DNA of 64,000 bases, taken from positions 119,570 to 183,569 of the forward strand of contig CAYYSJ010000002.1 in assembly GCA_964474445.1 (NCBI GenBank), given 5' to 3'. This stretch comes from an uncultured Gammaproteobacteria bacterium (lineage in GTDB: Bacteria > Patescibacteriota > Microgenomatia > Levybacterales > UBA12049). Shown piece after piece: positions 19,150-28,852 of the stretch. Made by a program: the position numbers and the translations under genes. The notes beneath the pieces were generated by a model. It ran no database searches and was not told the DNA's origin. It saw only the letters and a program-made list of their open reading frames with translations. Positions within the stretch are counted from its first letter, which is position 1. Every line of letters begins with the position of its first letter.

Positions 19150-20736
19150 ATGAATAAAATTGCAATTATCGGAGGAGGTTTTAATGGATTATGCGTTGCT
19201 GCGCATATCATGCGTCTTGCAACTGAGCAGGGAAAGAAGGCATATATCACTGTTTTTGATGCAACAGGACTACGAAGCGGTAGAATATTCTCTCCTGAAT
19301 TACCTGATAATTTTACCCTCAACCATGAAACTGCAAATATGGGTTCTCTTCATCCTTTTTCATCCGTTGGGACTGACGACTTTTATAATTGGATTCAAGA
19401 AAAAAAAGATGAACCGCTGAAAAGTCTTAGTGGAACAACACTTGCAAAAAGATACAAGAAATGGGATCTTGATAATCCCTCTGGGTATCTTCCACGGAGT
19501 CTTTTTGGACATTATCTGGTGTACCGTCTCGACCAAATGAGCGGAAGTTCCCAAACCGATAATTATACCTTCTCGTATTTGTTAAAAAAAGTCGAGTCAG
19601 TAGTAAAAGTAGGGGGAAAATATAAAATTATCTGGGATGATAAAAAAGAATTGTTTGATACTGTTATTATCGCTACTGGTTTCTGGTACAACAGCAAGGA
19701 TAATACAGAAATAGTATATAAAGGGGAAGAGAAATGGCTCCCTAAGGCTTCAGATCCAATTGCTGTTATCGGTTCTTCATTATCTGCAATTGAGGTTTCA
19801 CTTGCCTTAGCAGATAAGGGTTATACAAATGTGACTATGTATAGTCGACACGGGAGGTTGCCTAAAGTACGTGGGAATACTCATCCATATATACCACGTT
19901 ATGTGACAACAACTGCTTTAGAGAAATTACAAAATAAATTTGGTTACGTAGAGTCTGTACTTCTTTTGCCTTTACTCAAGAAGGAATTTGATTATGCATA
20001 TTTTGTCAAAAGAGAGGGACTTTATCGGCGCGAAGGCATTCATTGGCAAGAGATATTACAGAATACAAACCCCCTCCGACAACTGGAAGAAGATATTAAA
20101 AAAGCAGAGAGTGGAGAAGAATTAGTATGGCGATCTGTTTTGACAAGTCTCTATGAATATGAAGGTGTCATCTGGCGTGGTCTTTCTGGATTTTCCCGCC
20201 ATAGCTTTTTGCAAAAGTACTCAAGTTTACTCTTGAGTTTTATAGCACCGATGCCACTGTTTCAAGCAAAAAGGCTGTTGAAGTATATGAGAAAAAAGAA
20301 AATAAAGCTTGTTGCCGGTGTCGATCATTATCAGGAGGAACATAGTAGATGGGTTATTCAAATAGGTGGGAAAAAGTATGTAAAAAGGTATTTAATAGAT
20401 GCTCGTGGTCCTGCAAAGCATGTAGGAACAAACGCATTTTTACGGTCGCTTATTGACCAACAGCTTTTAGAGAAAAATACAGCTGGAGGAATTTTCGTCA
20501 ATAGACAGCTACAAGTTGTTGTTAAAAATAAGGTTCAGCCTAATCTCTACGCCATAGGCCCCATAGTATATGGTGAACGCCCTCATAATAGCACTGTTTT
20601 TGCGACAGAGTATGCAGAGTTAGTTGCTTCTTATATTGTAAATAGTCTTGATTCATCAAAAGTACATGCTGTAACAGAGGCTGAAGCACCTTTTCTATCA
20701 AGTCACGTTGATTTTCTCCCAACGCTTTTCTCATAA
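19150..20736 (+). CDS. FAD/NAD(P)-binding oxidoreductase (NAD_binding_9/YdhS-like)
   Basis: IAIIGGGFNG, YLPRSLFGHYL, IIATG, IGSSLSAIE, SRHG, NLYAIGP. Confidence 0.8.
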   Translation: MNKIAIIGGGFNGLCVAAHIMRLATEQGKKAYITVFDATGLRSGRIFSPELPDNFTLNHETANMGSLHPFSSVGTDDFYNWIQEKKDEPLKSLSGTTLAKRYKKWDLDNPSGYLPRSLFGHYLVYRLDQMSGSSQTDNYTFSYLLKKVESVVKVGGKYKIIWDDKKELFDTVIIATGFWYNSKDNTEIVYKGEEKWLPKASDPIAVIGSSLSAIEVSLALADKGYTNVTMYSRHGRLPKVRGNTHPYIPRYVTTTALEKLQNKFGYVESVLLLPLLKKEFDYAYFVKREGLYRREGIHWQEILQNTNPLRQLEEDIKKAESGEELVWRSVLTSLYEYEGVIWRGLSGFSRHSFLQKYSSLLLSFIAPMPLFQAKRLLKYMRKKKIKLVAGVDHYQEEHSRWVIQIGGKKYVKRYLIDARGPAKHVGTNAFLRSLIDQQLLEKNTAGGIFVNRQLQVVVKNKVQPNLYAIGPIVYGERPHNSTVFATEYAELVASYIVNSLDSSKVHAVTEAEAPFLSSHVDFLPTLFS

Positions 20737-20804
20737 GTCCTTACTACACGTTTCTTACTGCTCCTTCTCATGATTTTTCTTTTGAATTAGTTACTCTTTG
20801 TTGT

Positions 20805-21488
20805 ATGGTTGAGGCAATTGATGCAAAAGTTGTTTTTATCACAGGCTCAAGTCGTGGGATAGGAGCTGAAACAGCTGTTGCGTTTGCCCGTGAGGAAATG
20901 AATGTTGTAGTTACCTATTATGAAGAAGCGATACATGCTGAAGAGACTGCAAAAAGATGTCGTGCAGCAGGGGCTCCAGATGTCTTTTTAACCCAGCTCA
21001 ATATTCTGGATAGCCATAGCATTGAAGAAGCGGTAACAGCAATTATAAATCGTTATGAAAAAATAGATATTTTAGTAAATAATGCAGGAGTTTTGGTAGA
21101 AAGTTCACTTTCAGAGCAAAGTATTCAGGATATTGAACGTCAAGTAAGAACAAACTTGGAAGGGACGATAAAAGTAACAAAAGTATGTTTGCCATATGTT
21201 AGAGAGGCAATTATTAACATTGGTAGTGGTGCCGGCATAACAGCGTATGCTGGGCTTTCCCCGTATTCTGCGACAAAGTTTGGCGTTAGAGGGTTTACTC
21301 AAGCACTTGCGCAAGAGTTGGATGACATCGCAGTCTATGTCGTAAATCCAGGGCTTACTGCAACAGCAATGACGAATTTCGAGGGGATTCCACCTGAAAA
21401 AGTAGCAGATGTTGTTGTAAAAACTGCAAAAGGGGAATTGAATGCATATAAAGATCGAGATATTAATGTATGGGATTACGTTGAGTAG
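20805..21488 (+). CDS. Short-chain dehydrogenase/reductase
   Basis: TGSSRGIG, NNAG, YSATK. Confidence 0.92.
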   Translation: MVEAIDAKVVFITGSSRGIGAETAVAFAREEMNVVVTYYEEAIHAEETAKRCRAAGAPDVFLTQLNILDSHSIEEAVTAIINRYEKIDILVNNAGVLVESSLSEQSIQDIERQVRTNLEGTIKVTKVCLPYVREAIINIGSGAGITAYAGLSPYSATKFGVRGFTQALAQELDDIAVYVVNPGLTATAMTNFEGIPPEKVADVVVKTAKGELNAYKDRDINVWDYVE

Positions 21489-21555
21489 TATTATGCCTTG
21501 ATCTGCTTTATGAATTTATCAACAAGTGTATGGTTTCCAATGATAATAGGACGAC

Positions 21556-22023
21556 TCATGATCTTAGTGTCTTTTTGATTTTTTGGACAAATTTTAAACG
21601 TTCTTCTTGGCTTGCAAACTGTTTATTCAATATTTCTTTATAGAAAGTATCAGTTGTATATCGTGGGAAAACGTGTTGATGATAATGAAATGCATGTTGA
21701 TTACCTGCTGGTTCATTATTTTGCACAAGCGTAATACCCTCACATTTATACGTTTTTTTCAATACTAAAGCAATTTTTTTAGAAATATCTGCAAGGGCAT
21801 ATGCATAGTCATTTGGGAGATCATACAAATTTTCAAAATGTTTATTTGGAACGACAATGATATGTCCTTCATTGCCTGGGATAAAAAATGAATTGATAAA
21901 TGCAGTGACGAGGCCATCTTTATAAATAACGTCACTTTGTTTTAGTAATGTGTCGTTATTCTCAATCCCATTGACTCCTAAACAAATCGGACAAATATAA
22001 TCCGCTGAAGCATGATTATACAT
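21556..22023 (-). CDS. HIT family protein
   Basis: CPIC, GHIIVVP, HYHQH triad. Confidence 0.88.
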   Translation of the reverse strand: MYNHASADYICPICLGVNGIENNDTLLKQSDVIYKDGLVTAFINSFFIPGNEGHIIVVPNKHFENLYDLPNDYAYALADISKKIALVLKKTYKCEGITLVQNNEPAGNQHAFHYHQHVFPRYTTDTFYKEILNKQFASQEERLKFVQKIKKTLRS

Positions 22024-22083
22024 GAGTAAAATTATATCACTATAGTTGAGTAATAGTTTGTTTTCTCTTATACTTAAACCACA

Positions 22084-23292
22084 ATGGCGCGAAGAAAACT
22101 TCCTGAATATACTGCAAAAAAGTTATTGTTTGAAAAATTAGACTTACCCTACCATGGAATTGCAATTGAAAGTTTAGATAAAGAAGAATTGCGAAAACTC
22201 GATGTATTGAATAAGACGAAGTCTTATGTAGTAAAAGTAGACCAGGGGATAAAAAAACGAGGGAAGCAAGGGCTTATTGGGGTGAATGTTAACCCGTATA
22301 AAATAAAAAAGTATCTACATGAATTTGCACAAAAAGGTTATTCCCGATTTTTGGTTGAAGACTTTGTTTTACATGAAAAGGTAGATGAAAAATATTTTGC
22401 TCTTGAGAGAACACGAGAAGGTATTACTGTCTATATGTCTCAATTTGGTGGTATTGATATAGAGGAACATCAGGACAAAGTAGAATCAAGAATAATACAT
22501 CCTGAACAGAATGATTATGAAGGAAAAATTACTGAAATTAGCACCTTCTTAGGCTTGGACAAGACGCTTCTTAAAGAGATTGTGAATTTCTTTGATGAAG
22601 CTTATGTCTCCTTTCTTGAAATAAATCCTTTCTTAATTCTTGATTCTAAGTTCGTAATGTTGGACCTTGCTGTGGAAGTTGATAGTGCAGGAGAGTTTTT
22701 TGTGAAAGGAGCGTGGAGTGCGAAAGATGTTGTCAGTAATACAGCAGGGAAAAAATTAACAGATGAAGAAAAGGCTGTTCAGCAACTCAAGGAGAATTCT
22801 CAAGCATCTCTTAAATTGGATGTCTTAAATCCTAATGGGGGTATTTTTACCATGCTTTCAGGTGGAGGGGCAAGTATTACTATTGCTGATGAAGTTTATA
22901 ATAGAGGATTTGCAAAAGAGTTGGCAAATTATGCAGATTATTCAGGAAATCCAAATCAAGAGGAGACATATCTCTATACAAAACAACTGTTACGTCTTTT
23001 ACACAAGTCAGAAGCCTCAAGGAAAGCTCTTGTTATTGCAGGAGGAGTTGCGAATTTTACCGACGTGAGGGTAACATTTAGAGGGATTCTTCAGGCACTT
23101 GCAGAAGATGTTTTAGCTTTGCAAAAGGAAGAAGTCAAAGTCTTTGTGAGGCGAGGTGGGCCGAATCAGATTGAAGGGCTTGCAATGATGAAAAATTTCC
23201 TTACTGAAAAGAATTTATACGGAGGAGTTTGGGACCAAACAATGGTTTTAACAGATGTTGTGAATAAAGCGATAGAGTATGTGAAACCATAG
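22084..23292 (+). CDS. aclB: ATP-citrate lyase beta subunit (ATP-grasp + citrate-binding)
   Basis: KVDQGIKKRGKQGL, FLEINP, SGGGAS, ANYADYSGNP, GGVANFT, RRGGPN. Confidence 0.88.
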   Translation: MARRKLPEYTAKKLLFEKLDLPYHGIAIESLDKEELRKLDVLNKTKSYVVKVDQGIKKRGKQGLIGVNVNPYKIKKYLHEFAQKGYSRFLVEDFVLHEKVDEKYFALERTREGITVYMSQFGGIDIEEHQDKVESRIIHPEQNDYEGKITEISTFLGLDKTLLKEIVNFFDEAYVSFLEINPFLILDSKFVMLDLAVEVDSAGEFFVKGAWSAKDVVSNTAGKKLTDEEKAVQQLKENSQASLKLDVLNPNGGIFTMLSGGGASITIADEVYNRGFAKELANYADYSGNPNQEETYLYTKQLLRLLHKSEASRKALVIAGGVANFTDVRVTFRGILQALAEDVLALQKEEVKVFVRRGGPNQIEGLAMMKNFLTEKNLYGGVWDQTMVLTDVVNKAIEYVKP

Positions 23293-23328
23293 TTCAATAC
23301 TACATAGCAAAATAATACATTAACCAGT

Positions 23329-25110
23329 ATGTTAAACATGCAGACACTACGACAAATTAAAGACTTTAACATCTTATTTTTGGGTTCTTATCCGTCTATT
23401 ATTCAATCTATTTTAGATTTTGATTATCTCTCAGGTAAAGAATATCCTTCCATTGTGGGAATTGTTGCAACCGGTCGTCGAACAGAACGTTATTTCTGGG
23501 GAGAGGGAGAAGTGATGCTTCCTGTTTTCCCAAGCGTTGATGCTGTACCCGAGGAAATAAAAAAAGAAGTGAATGCATTTTTTAACAATGCTTCGGGAAG
23601 GCGTGTTTTCTCAACAACGATAAATGCTCTGGATCTTTTTCCTCACCTTCAACTTGGAGTTATTTTTGCAGAAGAGACTCCGGAGAAACATGCTCTCGCC
23701 CTCTACAAAAAAGCAGAAGAAAGACAGGTCATGTTAGTCGGTCCAGCGAGTGTTGGCGTACTTCTCCCTCAAAAACTCAAGCTTGGTCCAATAGGCGGAG
23801 TGGATTTTCGACAAATGATAAGTTCTCAAATTCTCACGCCTGGGAATATTGCCGTTTTTTCTTCATCAGGAGGTATGACAAACGAGCTGATTAATATTGT
23901 CACATCAGCAGGTCACAGACTTTCTTTTGCCATGTCTTTTGGAGGAGATAGATTTCCTTTGATGACTCCTTTAGATGCACTGCTTGCGGTAGAAAAAGAC
24001 AAATCCACAGAATACATAGTCTATTTTGGAGAGTTGGGTGGGTATGATGAATATGATATCGCTGAGGCGCTGAAGACAAAAAAAGTAAACAAGAAAGTGA
24101 TTTGCTACATTGCAGGAACAGTATCAGAGATGTTTGAGACTCCTCCTCAGTTTGGTCATGCGAAGGCAATGGCTGGAAGAAGTGGTGAAGGAGCCTCTGC
24201 AAAAAGAAAAGCGTTACAGGAAGCAGGAGCAGTTGTTGCATCATCCTTTACTGATTTTGTTTCTATGGTAAGAAGTCTTCCACAAAAGCACTACAAGGAG
24301 ACCGAGTATGCTATGATAGGGAAGGTTATGGAAGAGAGACAAAAAGCACTCATTGCAACAACAATCAGTAGTGACAAGGATGGGAAAGTCATGGTGTTGG
24401 GCGAAGAGTTGTTGTCCTTTGCGAAGAATAATTCCTTTGCAAGAATTGTTGGAAGTTTGTTTTTAGGCAAAAAATTACGTTCTCGAGATACAGAACAATT
24501 CATTGATTTTGTTTTAAGACTATTAGTTGATCATGGCCCCTATGTTTCTGGTGCAGTCAATACCATTATTACTGCGCGAGCTGGAAAAGATTTAGTTTCG
24601 TCTCTTGCAACAGGCCTTTTGACAGTTGGTCCTCGCTTTGGTGGAGCAATTAATGAGGCAGCAGGAAATTGGTTAAGAGGTGCTACTAGGGGAGTCTCTG
24701 CTGAAGAATTTGTCGAACATTTTGCTTCTTCTAAAAAATTTATTGCAGGAATAGGTCACAAAAAATATCGAGTGGATTTCCCAGACCCTCGGGTAAAAGA
24801 AATTCTTCGATTTGCACCGGGGAAAAGAATGTTCACAAAATTTGCTTTGGAAGTTGAAAAAATCACAGTTGCTAAAAAAGGGAATCTTATCTTAAATGTT
24901 GATGGTGCAATTGCTGCTGTTTTACTTGATTTACTTTTAGAAAAGGAAGAATATACAGTGGAGGACTTGCAAAGACTTGTTGATATAGAATTCTTCAATG
25001 CCTTATTTGTACTGTCGCGCTCTGTTGGATTTATCTCTCATTTCTTGGATCAGAAGCGACTTGATGAAGGACTTTTCAGACTACCAGAAGATCAAGTTGC
25101 TGAAATATAA
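23329..25110 (+). CDS. aclA: ATP-citrate lyase alpha subunit (CoA-binding + citryl-CoA lyase domain)
   Basis: GPASVG, SGGMTNE, phospho-His motif QFGHA, DHGPYVSGA, GIGH, LNVDGAI. Confidence 0.9.
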   Translation: MLNMQTLRQIKDFNILFLGSYPSIIQSILDFDYLSGKEYPSIVGIVATGRRTERYFWGEGEVMLPVFPSVDAVPEEIKKEVNAFFNNASGRRVFSTTINALDLFPHLQLGVIFAEETPEKHALALYKKAEERQVMLVGPASVGVLLPQKLKLGPIGGVDFRQMISSQILTPGNIAVFSSSGGMTNELINIVTSAGHRLSFAMSFGGDRFPLMTPLDALLAVEKDKSTEYIVYFGELGGYDEYDIAEALKTKKVNKKVICYIAGTVSEMFETPPQFGHAKAMAGRSGEGASAKRKALQEAGAVVASSFTDFVSMVRSLPQKHYKETEYAMIGKVMEERQKALIATTISSDKDGKVMVLGEELLSFAKNNSFARIVGSLFLGKKLRSRDTEQFIDFVLRLLVDHGPYVSGAVNTIITARAGKDLVSSLATGLLTVGPRFGGAINEAAGNWLRGATRGVSAEEFVEHFASSKKFIAGIGHKKYRVDFPDPRVKEILRFAPGKRMFTKFALEVEKITVAKKGNLILNVDGAIAAVLLDLLLEKEEYTVEDLQRLVDIEFFNALFVLSRSVGFISHFLDQKRLDEGLFRLPEDQVAEI

Positions 25111-25111
25111 A

Positions 25112-25354
25112 TTATTTAGGGGGTTGTTCGAGACGTCTTCTTGCTCTTTTGGTTAATGCACCCTGTTCTGATAGAACACGATGAACTGCAGCTTTACGCA
25201 TGGCATCTACTACTTGTCGCGAAGAAACTTGTTGTACGCTCATGACTTCAGGCCTTCGTGCATGGGCGATTGCGCTATCTACCTCATCTTGCAGTGGTTG
25301 TTGAACAACAACAGGTGGTTCCCCAGCTTTTCGGAAAACAAGTTCTTCAGACAT
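25112..25354 (-). CDS. Small hypothetical protein
   Basis: 80-aa ORF with ATG, converging on aclA; no motif recognised. Confidence 0.5.
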   Translation of the reverse strand: MSEELVFRKAGEPPVVVQQPLQDEVDSAIAHARRPEVMSVQQVSSRQVVDAMRKAAVHRVLSEQGALTKRARRRLEQPPK

Positions 25355-25397
25355 TACTTTGATTTAATCAGAAAGGAGAGTTAGGAACAAGAGAAAG

Positions 25398-25592
25398 TTA
25401 TCTCAATGCTCGTGGATCTAGACGAATAACTCCTTCACTAATTTCTACTCCATTTAAAACTTCTTTTTTTGCATGCCTTTTATACCATCGTCGTGAGCGT
25501 ATTTTTGGTAAACCCACTGGGGGTTGTCTCCATACTGTACCCTCTTCAACTGTTTTTTGGGGCTCTGTTGGTGGATGTCTTCTTTTCCCCAT
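25398..25592 (-). CDS. Small basic hypothetical protein
   Basis: Arg/Lys/Pro-rich ORF in tandem with its neighbours. Confidence 0.45.
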   Translation of the reverse strand: MGKRRHPPTEPQKTVEEGTVWRQPPVGLPKIRSRRWYKRHAKKEVLNGVEISEGVIRLDPRALR

Positions 25593-25612
25593 AGTTTTGC
25601 GCATTATAGCAA

Positions 25613-25948
25613 CTAAGATCTCGGTTGCCTTCTGGAAAATCGTGTGTCGTCAGTTGGTCCTACAGGTGGCTCCAAAATCCACACAGTGGGATTATTTGGA
25701 TCACCTAATGTTCGTTTTGCTTGTGCGAGTGTCTCTTCAACTTTTTCTGGAGTTTTTTTTGTTGAACGGGGTTTGGAAGGTCGTGAATGTGGTTTTGTTT
25801 CACCAAATGAAGCAGGAGGAATTATCCCGTAGGCTGTTTGAATAGCGCGAACCCCTCGACCATCATCTTCTCGTGAGCCTCCATTATTAGTAAGTCCTTT
25901 CCATTTGGAAGAAGGTTCTTTGTTCCCCACAATTACCATAATATCCAT
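25613..25948 (-). CDS. Small hypothetical protein, probably disordered
   Basis: Pro/Arg/Lys-rich ORF, first of three tandem ORFs. Confidence 0.45.
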   Translation of the reverse strand: MDIMVIVGNKEPSSKWKGLTNNGGSREDDGRGVRAIQTAYGIIPPASFGETKPHSRPSKPRSTKKTPEKVEETLAQAKRTLGDPNNPTVWILEPPVGPTDDTRFSRRQPRS

Positions 25949-26196
25949 ATACACTAAAAAAATACAATGGAGAAAATCATGAGTAAATCCGCATATTACG
26001 TCCTAATGTATGGTAAATAAATATTGATCACCTCAGTTCTCAAAAAAGAGAGATCTTCTCTCAACTACGACATGTCTCTTTACGAAGGAGTTCAATGCTA
26101 GTCCTTTGGTTGTTCTTTCATTATTCTTATTCCTTTTTTGCTTCGTTTTAAGACTCACTCAGCAATAATAAAAAGACGCAAAAGGAGGTGATTTCC

Positions 26197-26568
26197 ATGC
26201 CAGATACCAAAAAATCTTCCCGTAAGGATGAAAAAGAAGAGATGATGGAAGAACAGGGCGATAAAAAAGGGAAAAAGGGTGGAACAGCCCAAGCCACAGG
26301 TCCAAATATTATGGCTGCAGCAATGATGGGTGCTATTGCGGGTGCAGCAGTTGGTGTAGCAACACAAATAGCATTGTCAGATGAAAAAACAAGACAAAGA
26401 GCATCCGAAGTCATGAGCGACATGAGAGATAGAGCTGCAGATAGAATTTCTCAAATGACCAAAACAGCCAAACAGACGGCTTCAAAAGCAGTTGATGCAC
26501 TTCCTGAAAACATGAGGGAGTCTGCCAAAAAAATGACTGAGGGGCAGAATAATAAAAAGGGAGAGTAA
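26197..26568 (+). CDS. YtxH-like protein
   Basis: Strong SD AGGAGGTG; GAIAGAAVG hydrophobic stretch then charged helical tail. Confidence 0.6.
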   Translation: MPDTKKSSRKDEKEEMMEEQGDKKGKKGGTAQATGPNIMAAAMMGAIAGAAVGVATQIALSDEKTRQRASEVMSDMRDRAADRISQMTKTAKQTASKAVDALPENMRESAKKMTEGQNNKKGE

Positions 26569-26592
26569 ACATCCTTTAGGAAGAGATAAGGA

Positions 26593-26632
26593 AATCCCGT
26601 TTTGACAATATGCAGGATCAAAGCGGGATTTT
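26593..26632. terminator. Hairpin/terminator after the YtxH-like gene
   Basis: AATCCCGTTTTGA...TCAAAGCGGGATT inverted repeat then TT. Confidence 0.5.
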
Positions 26633-26724
26633 ATGTATACAGATAACATAATAGTGCTTTGAAAATAATCTTACGAAGAGAACCTCTTGCGAGAATACTT
26701 ATATGCTTGTTACAATTAACTCCT

Positions 26725-27060
26725 ATGGATATACTCGTTGGTTGGTTGGTTAGCACACTCTCCATCCTTATTACTGCATATCTTCTTCCTGGTGTCCATT
26801 TACAAAGTTTTGTTGCTGCACTAGCAACTTCACTTGTATTGGGGATTATTAATGCAATTATTAAACCGGTTCTCTTAGTGTTAACACTTCCTATTAATGT
26901 CTTATCGCTTGGCCTTTTTACGTTTGTAATCAATGCATTGTTAGTGTTGTTAGCCTCGCGAATTGTTCCTGGATTTCAAGTGGATGGGTTTTTGTGGGCA
27001 CTTGCTTTTAGTATTGTCCTCTCTCTCGTCAATTCCGTTCTTCACAACCTATCTCGATAA
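26725..27060 (+). CDS. Phage holin family (YvlD-like) 4-TM membrane protein
   Basis: INAIIKPVL..LTLPIN.LSLGLFTFVINA. Confidence 0.85.
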   Translation: MDILVGWLVSTLSILITAYLLPGVHLQSFVAALATSLVLGIINAIIKPVLLVLTLPINVLSLGLFTFVINALLVLLASRIVPGFQVDGFLWALAFSIVLSLVNSVLHNLSR

Positions 27061-27075
27061 CGGACACATAATGCT

Positions 27076-28299
27076 ATGAAACAATCATCATTTGCAGCCC
27101 TACAATTTCATGCACTTCGTATTTTTCTTTTTGGACTTTTTGTTTCAACACTTGGTTCAGCAATGCAAACAGTTGCTGTTGGATGGCATGTCTATGAAAT
27201 GACACATTCTGCAATTAGTTTGGGATTTTTAGGTATTGCAGGATTTTTACCAATCCTTCTTTGTTTTTTGCCAGGAGGTGCCATTGCAGACACATTTAAT
27301 AGAAAAAAGGTGCTGATTCTTCTTCAAATTGTTTTTGGATTCGGAGCAAGTGTGCTTGGCTTAGTGACCATATTACACATTGTTAACCCATATATTATCT
27401 ATGCAGTTTTAGCAGTCAATGGACTTTTAGTAACCGTTGATTTACCAGCTCGTTCTGCTATTATTCCACTCCTTGTCCCAAAACAATATGTTTTTGGTGC
27501 AGTAAGTCTTAACACGCTTTTTCGTCAGATAGCTTTTGTGTTAGGGCCTGCAAGTGCAGGATTTTTGATTGCATTGTTTGGTCCACAAAGTGTTTATTTT
27601 TTTAATGCAGTTTCCTTTTTTGTCATGCTTGTTGCTCTTCTTCTCATTCATGTGCCACACCTGGGAGAGAAAAAGGCAGGTGTTTCATTACAGTCAGTAA
27701 GTCAGGGCATCCATTTTATCCGTCAATCACCACTTATCTATTCAACAATACTTCTTGATTTTTTTGTCACATTTCTTGCCTCATCTGTTGTTCTATTGCC
27801 AGTCTTTGCGAGAGAGATATTGCATGTTAGTGCAGCAGAACTTGGACTTTTGTATGCTGCTCCATCCTTTGGTGCTGTACTTGCAGGATTTATTTTTTCC
27901 AGTGTCGGGAATATCCATCGTCAAGGCAGGTTTCTTTTTGCAGCCATAGGTGTCTATAGTGTGGCCACAATAGCATTTGGTGTGTCTCGTTCATTACTCC
28001 TATCACTCCTATTCCTTGCAATTGCAGGAGCAGGAGATATGGTAAGTACAATTATTCGCAATGGGATTAGACAACTTATGACTCCAGATGAGATGAGAGG
28101 AAGAATGACAGCGATCTCTATGGTGTTCTTCATTGGAGGGCCGTTCTTAGGAGACAGCGAAGCAGGGTTTCTTGCAGGATTAGTGGGTGCTCCTCTATCT
28201 GTTATTGTCGGAGGAGTTGCTGCTGTATTATTTATCTTTGGTGTTTGGGTAAAGACTCCAAAACTCACAAACTACAATAACTCAGATATGAGCCTCTAA
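27076..28299 (+). CDS. MFS transporter (EntS/DHA3-like)
   Basis: About 12 TM; GAIADTFNRKK, PDEMRGR. Confidence 0.9.
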   Translation: MKQSSFAALQFHALRIFLFGLFVSTLGSAMQTVAVGWHVYEMTHSAISLGFLGIAGFLPILLCFLPGGAIADTFNRKKVLILLQIVFGFGASVLGLVTILHIVNPYIIYAVLAVNGLLVTVDLPARSAIIPLLVPKQYVFGAVSLNTLFRQIAFVLGPASAGFLIALFGPQSVYFFNAVSFFVMLVALLLIHVPHLGEKKAGVSLQSVSQGIHFIRQSPLIYSTILLDFFVTFLASSVVLLPVFAREILHVSAAELGLLYAAPSFGAVLAGFIFSSVGNIHRQGRFLFAAIGVYSVATIAFGVSRSLLLSLLFLAIAGAGDMVSTIIRNGIRQLMTPDEMRGRMTAISMVFFIGGPFLGDSEAGFLAGLVGAPLSVIVGGVAAVLFIFGVWVKTPKLTNYNNSDMSL

Positions 28300-28320
28300 A
28301 GACAATACCTTTTTTATCCG

Positions 28321-28728
28321 TTATCGCCACAACGCGAACACTGCGCCAAAAATAACAAATGAGACCAAAAAGTAGCCAGTTTCAATAAAATATAGTCCTA
28401 CTTTTTTCCCGGAAAAAACCCAATTAGCAAATTGTGTAGTGGCAGTAAATCCAAGCCACACCATTCCTCCGGTTATAGCTCCAGATGTGAGTGTATGAGT
28501 GCCTGTTAGACGAACAACCCAACTCATGAAATAAGCCATGACGAGTGCAGCAATAAACATCATTCCGTATTTTGCTCCCATATTGCTTTCTTTCATTTGT
28601 TTGTCCATCCATTCTTTGGTGTAGCCATTGTATTTCATCCATGGTTTGGCAAAAAGTGGTCCGTACCAGAGAAAGCCAAGTACCATATTAATAACTGCTG
28701 CTACCAAGACTGCGAGATAATTTGTCAT
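28321..28728 (-). CDS. DUF1761 family membrane protein
   Basis: LGFLWYGPLFAKPW motif; GGGGGTG SD. Confidence 0.8.
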   Translation of the reverse strand: MTNYLAVLVAAVINMVLGFLWYGPLFAKPWMKYNGYTKEWMDKQMKESNMGAKYGMMFIAALVMAYFMSWVVRLTGTHTLTSGAITGGMVWLGFTATTQFANWVFSGKKVGLYFIETGYFLVSFVIFGAVFALWR

Positions 28729-28852
28729 ATCATTTCACCCCCTTTCTATAAAAATAGTAAAAGTAAGATAGATAAAAGTAAAGTAGAAGATGAGAAGGGG
28801 GGTTTTAAGGCTACAAAAAATGCTTCTCGCATTCTCCTGCTATAATCATTCC

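Noticed and set aside
829-27060. Prophage suggested by baseplate-J-like and holin-family genes
   Set aside because: The genes are ~23 kb apart among housekeeping genes, with no integrase, terminase, capsid or att sites
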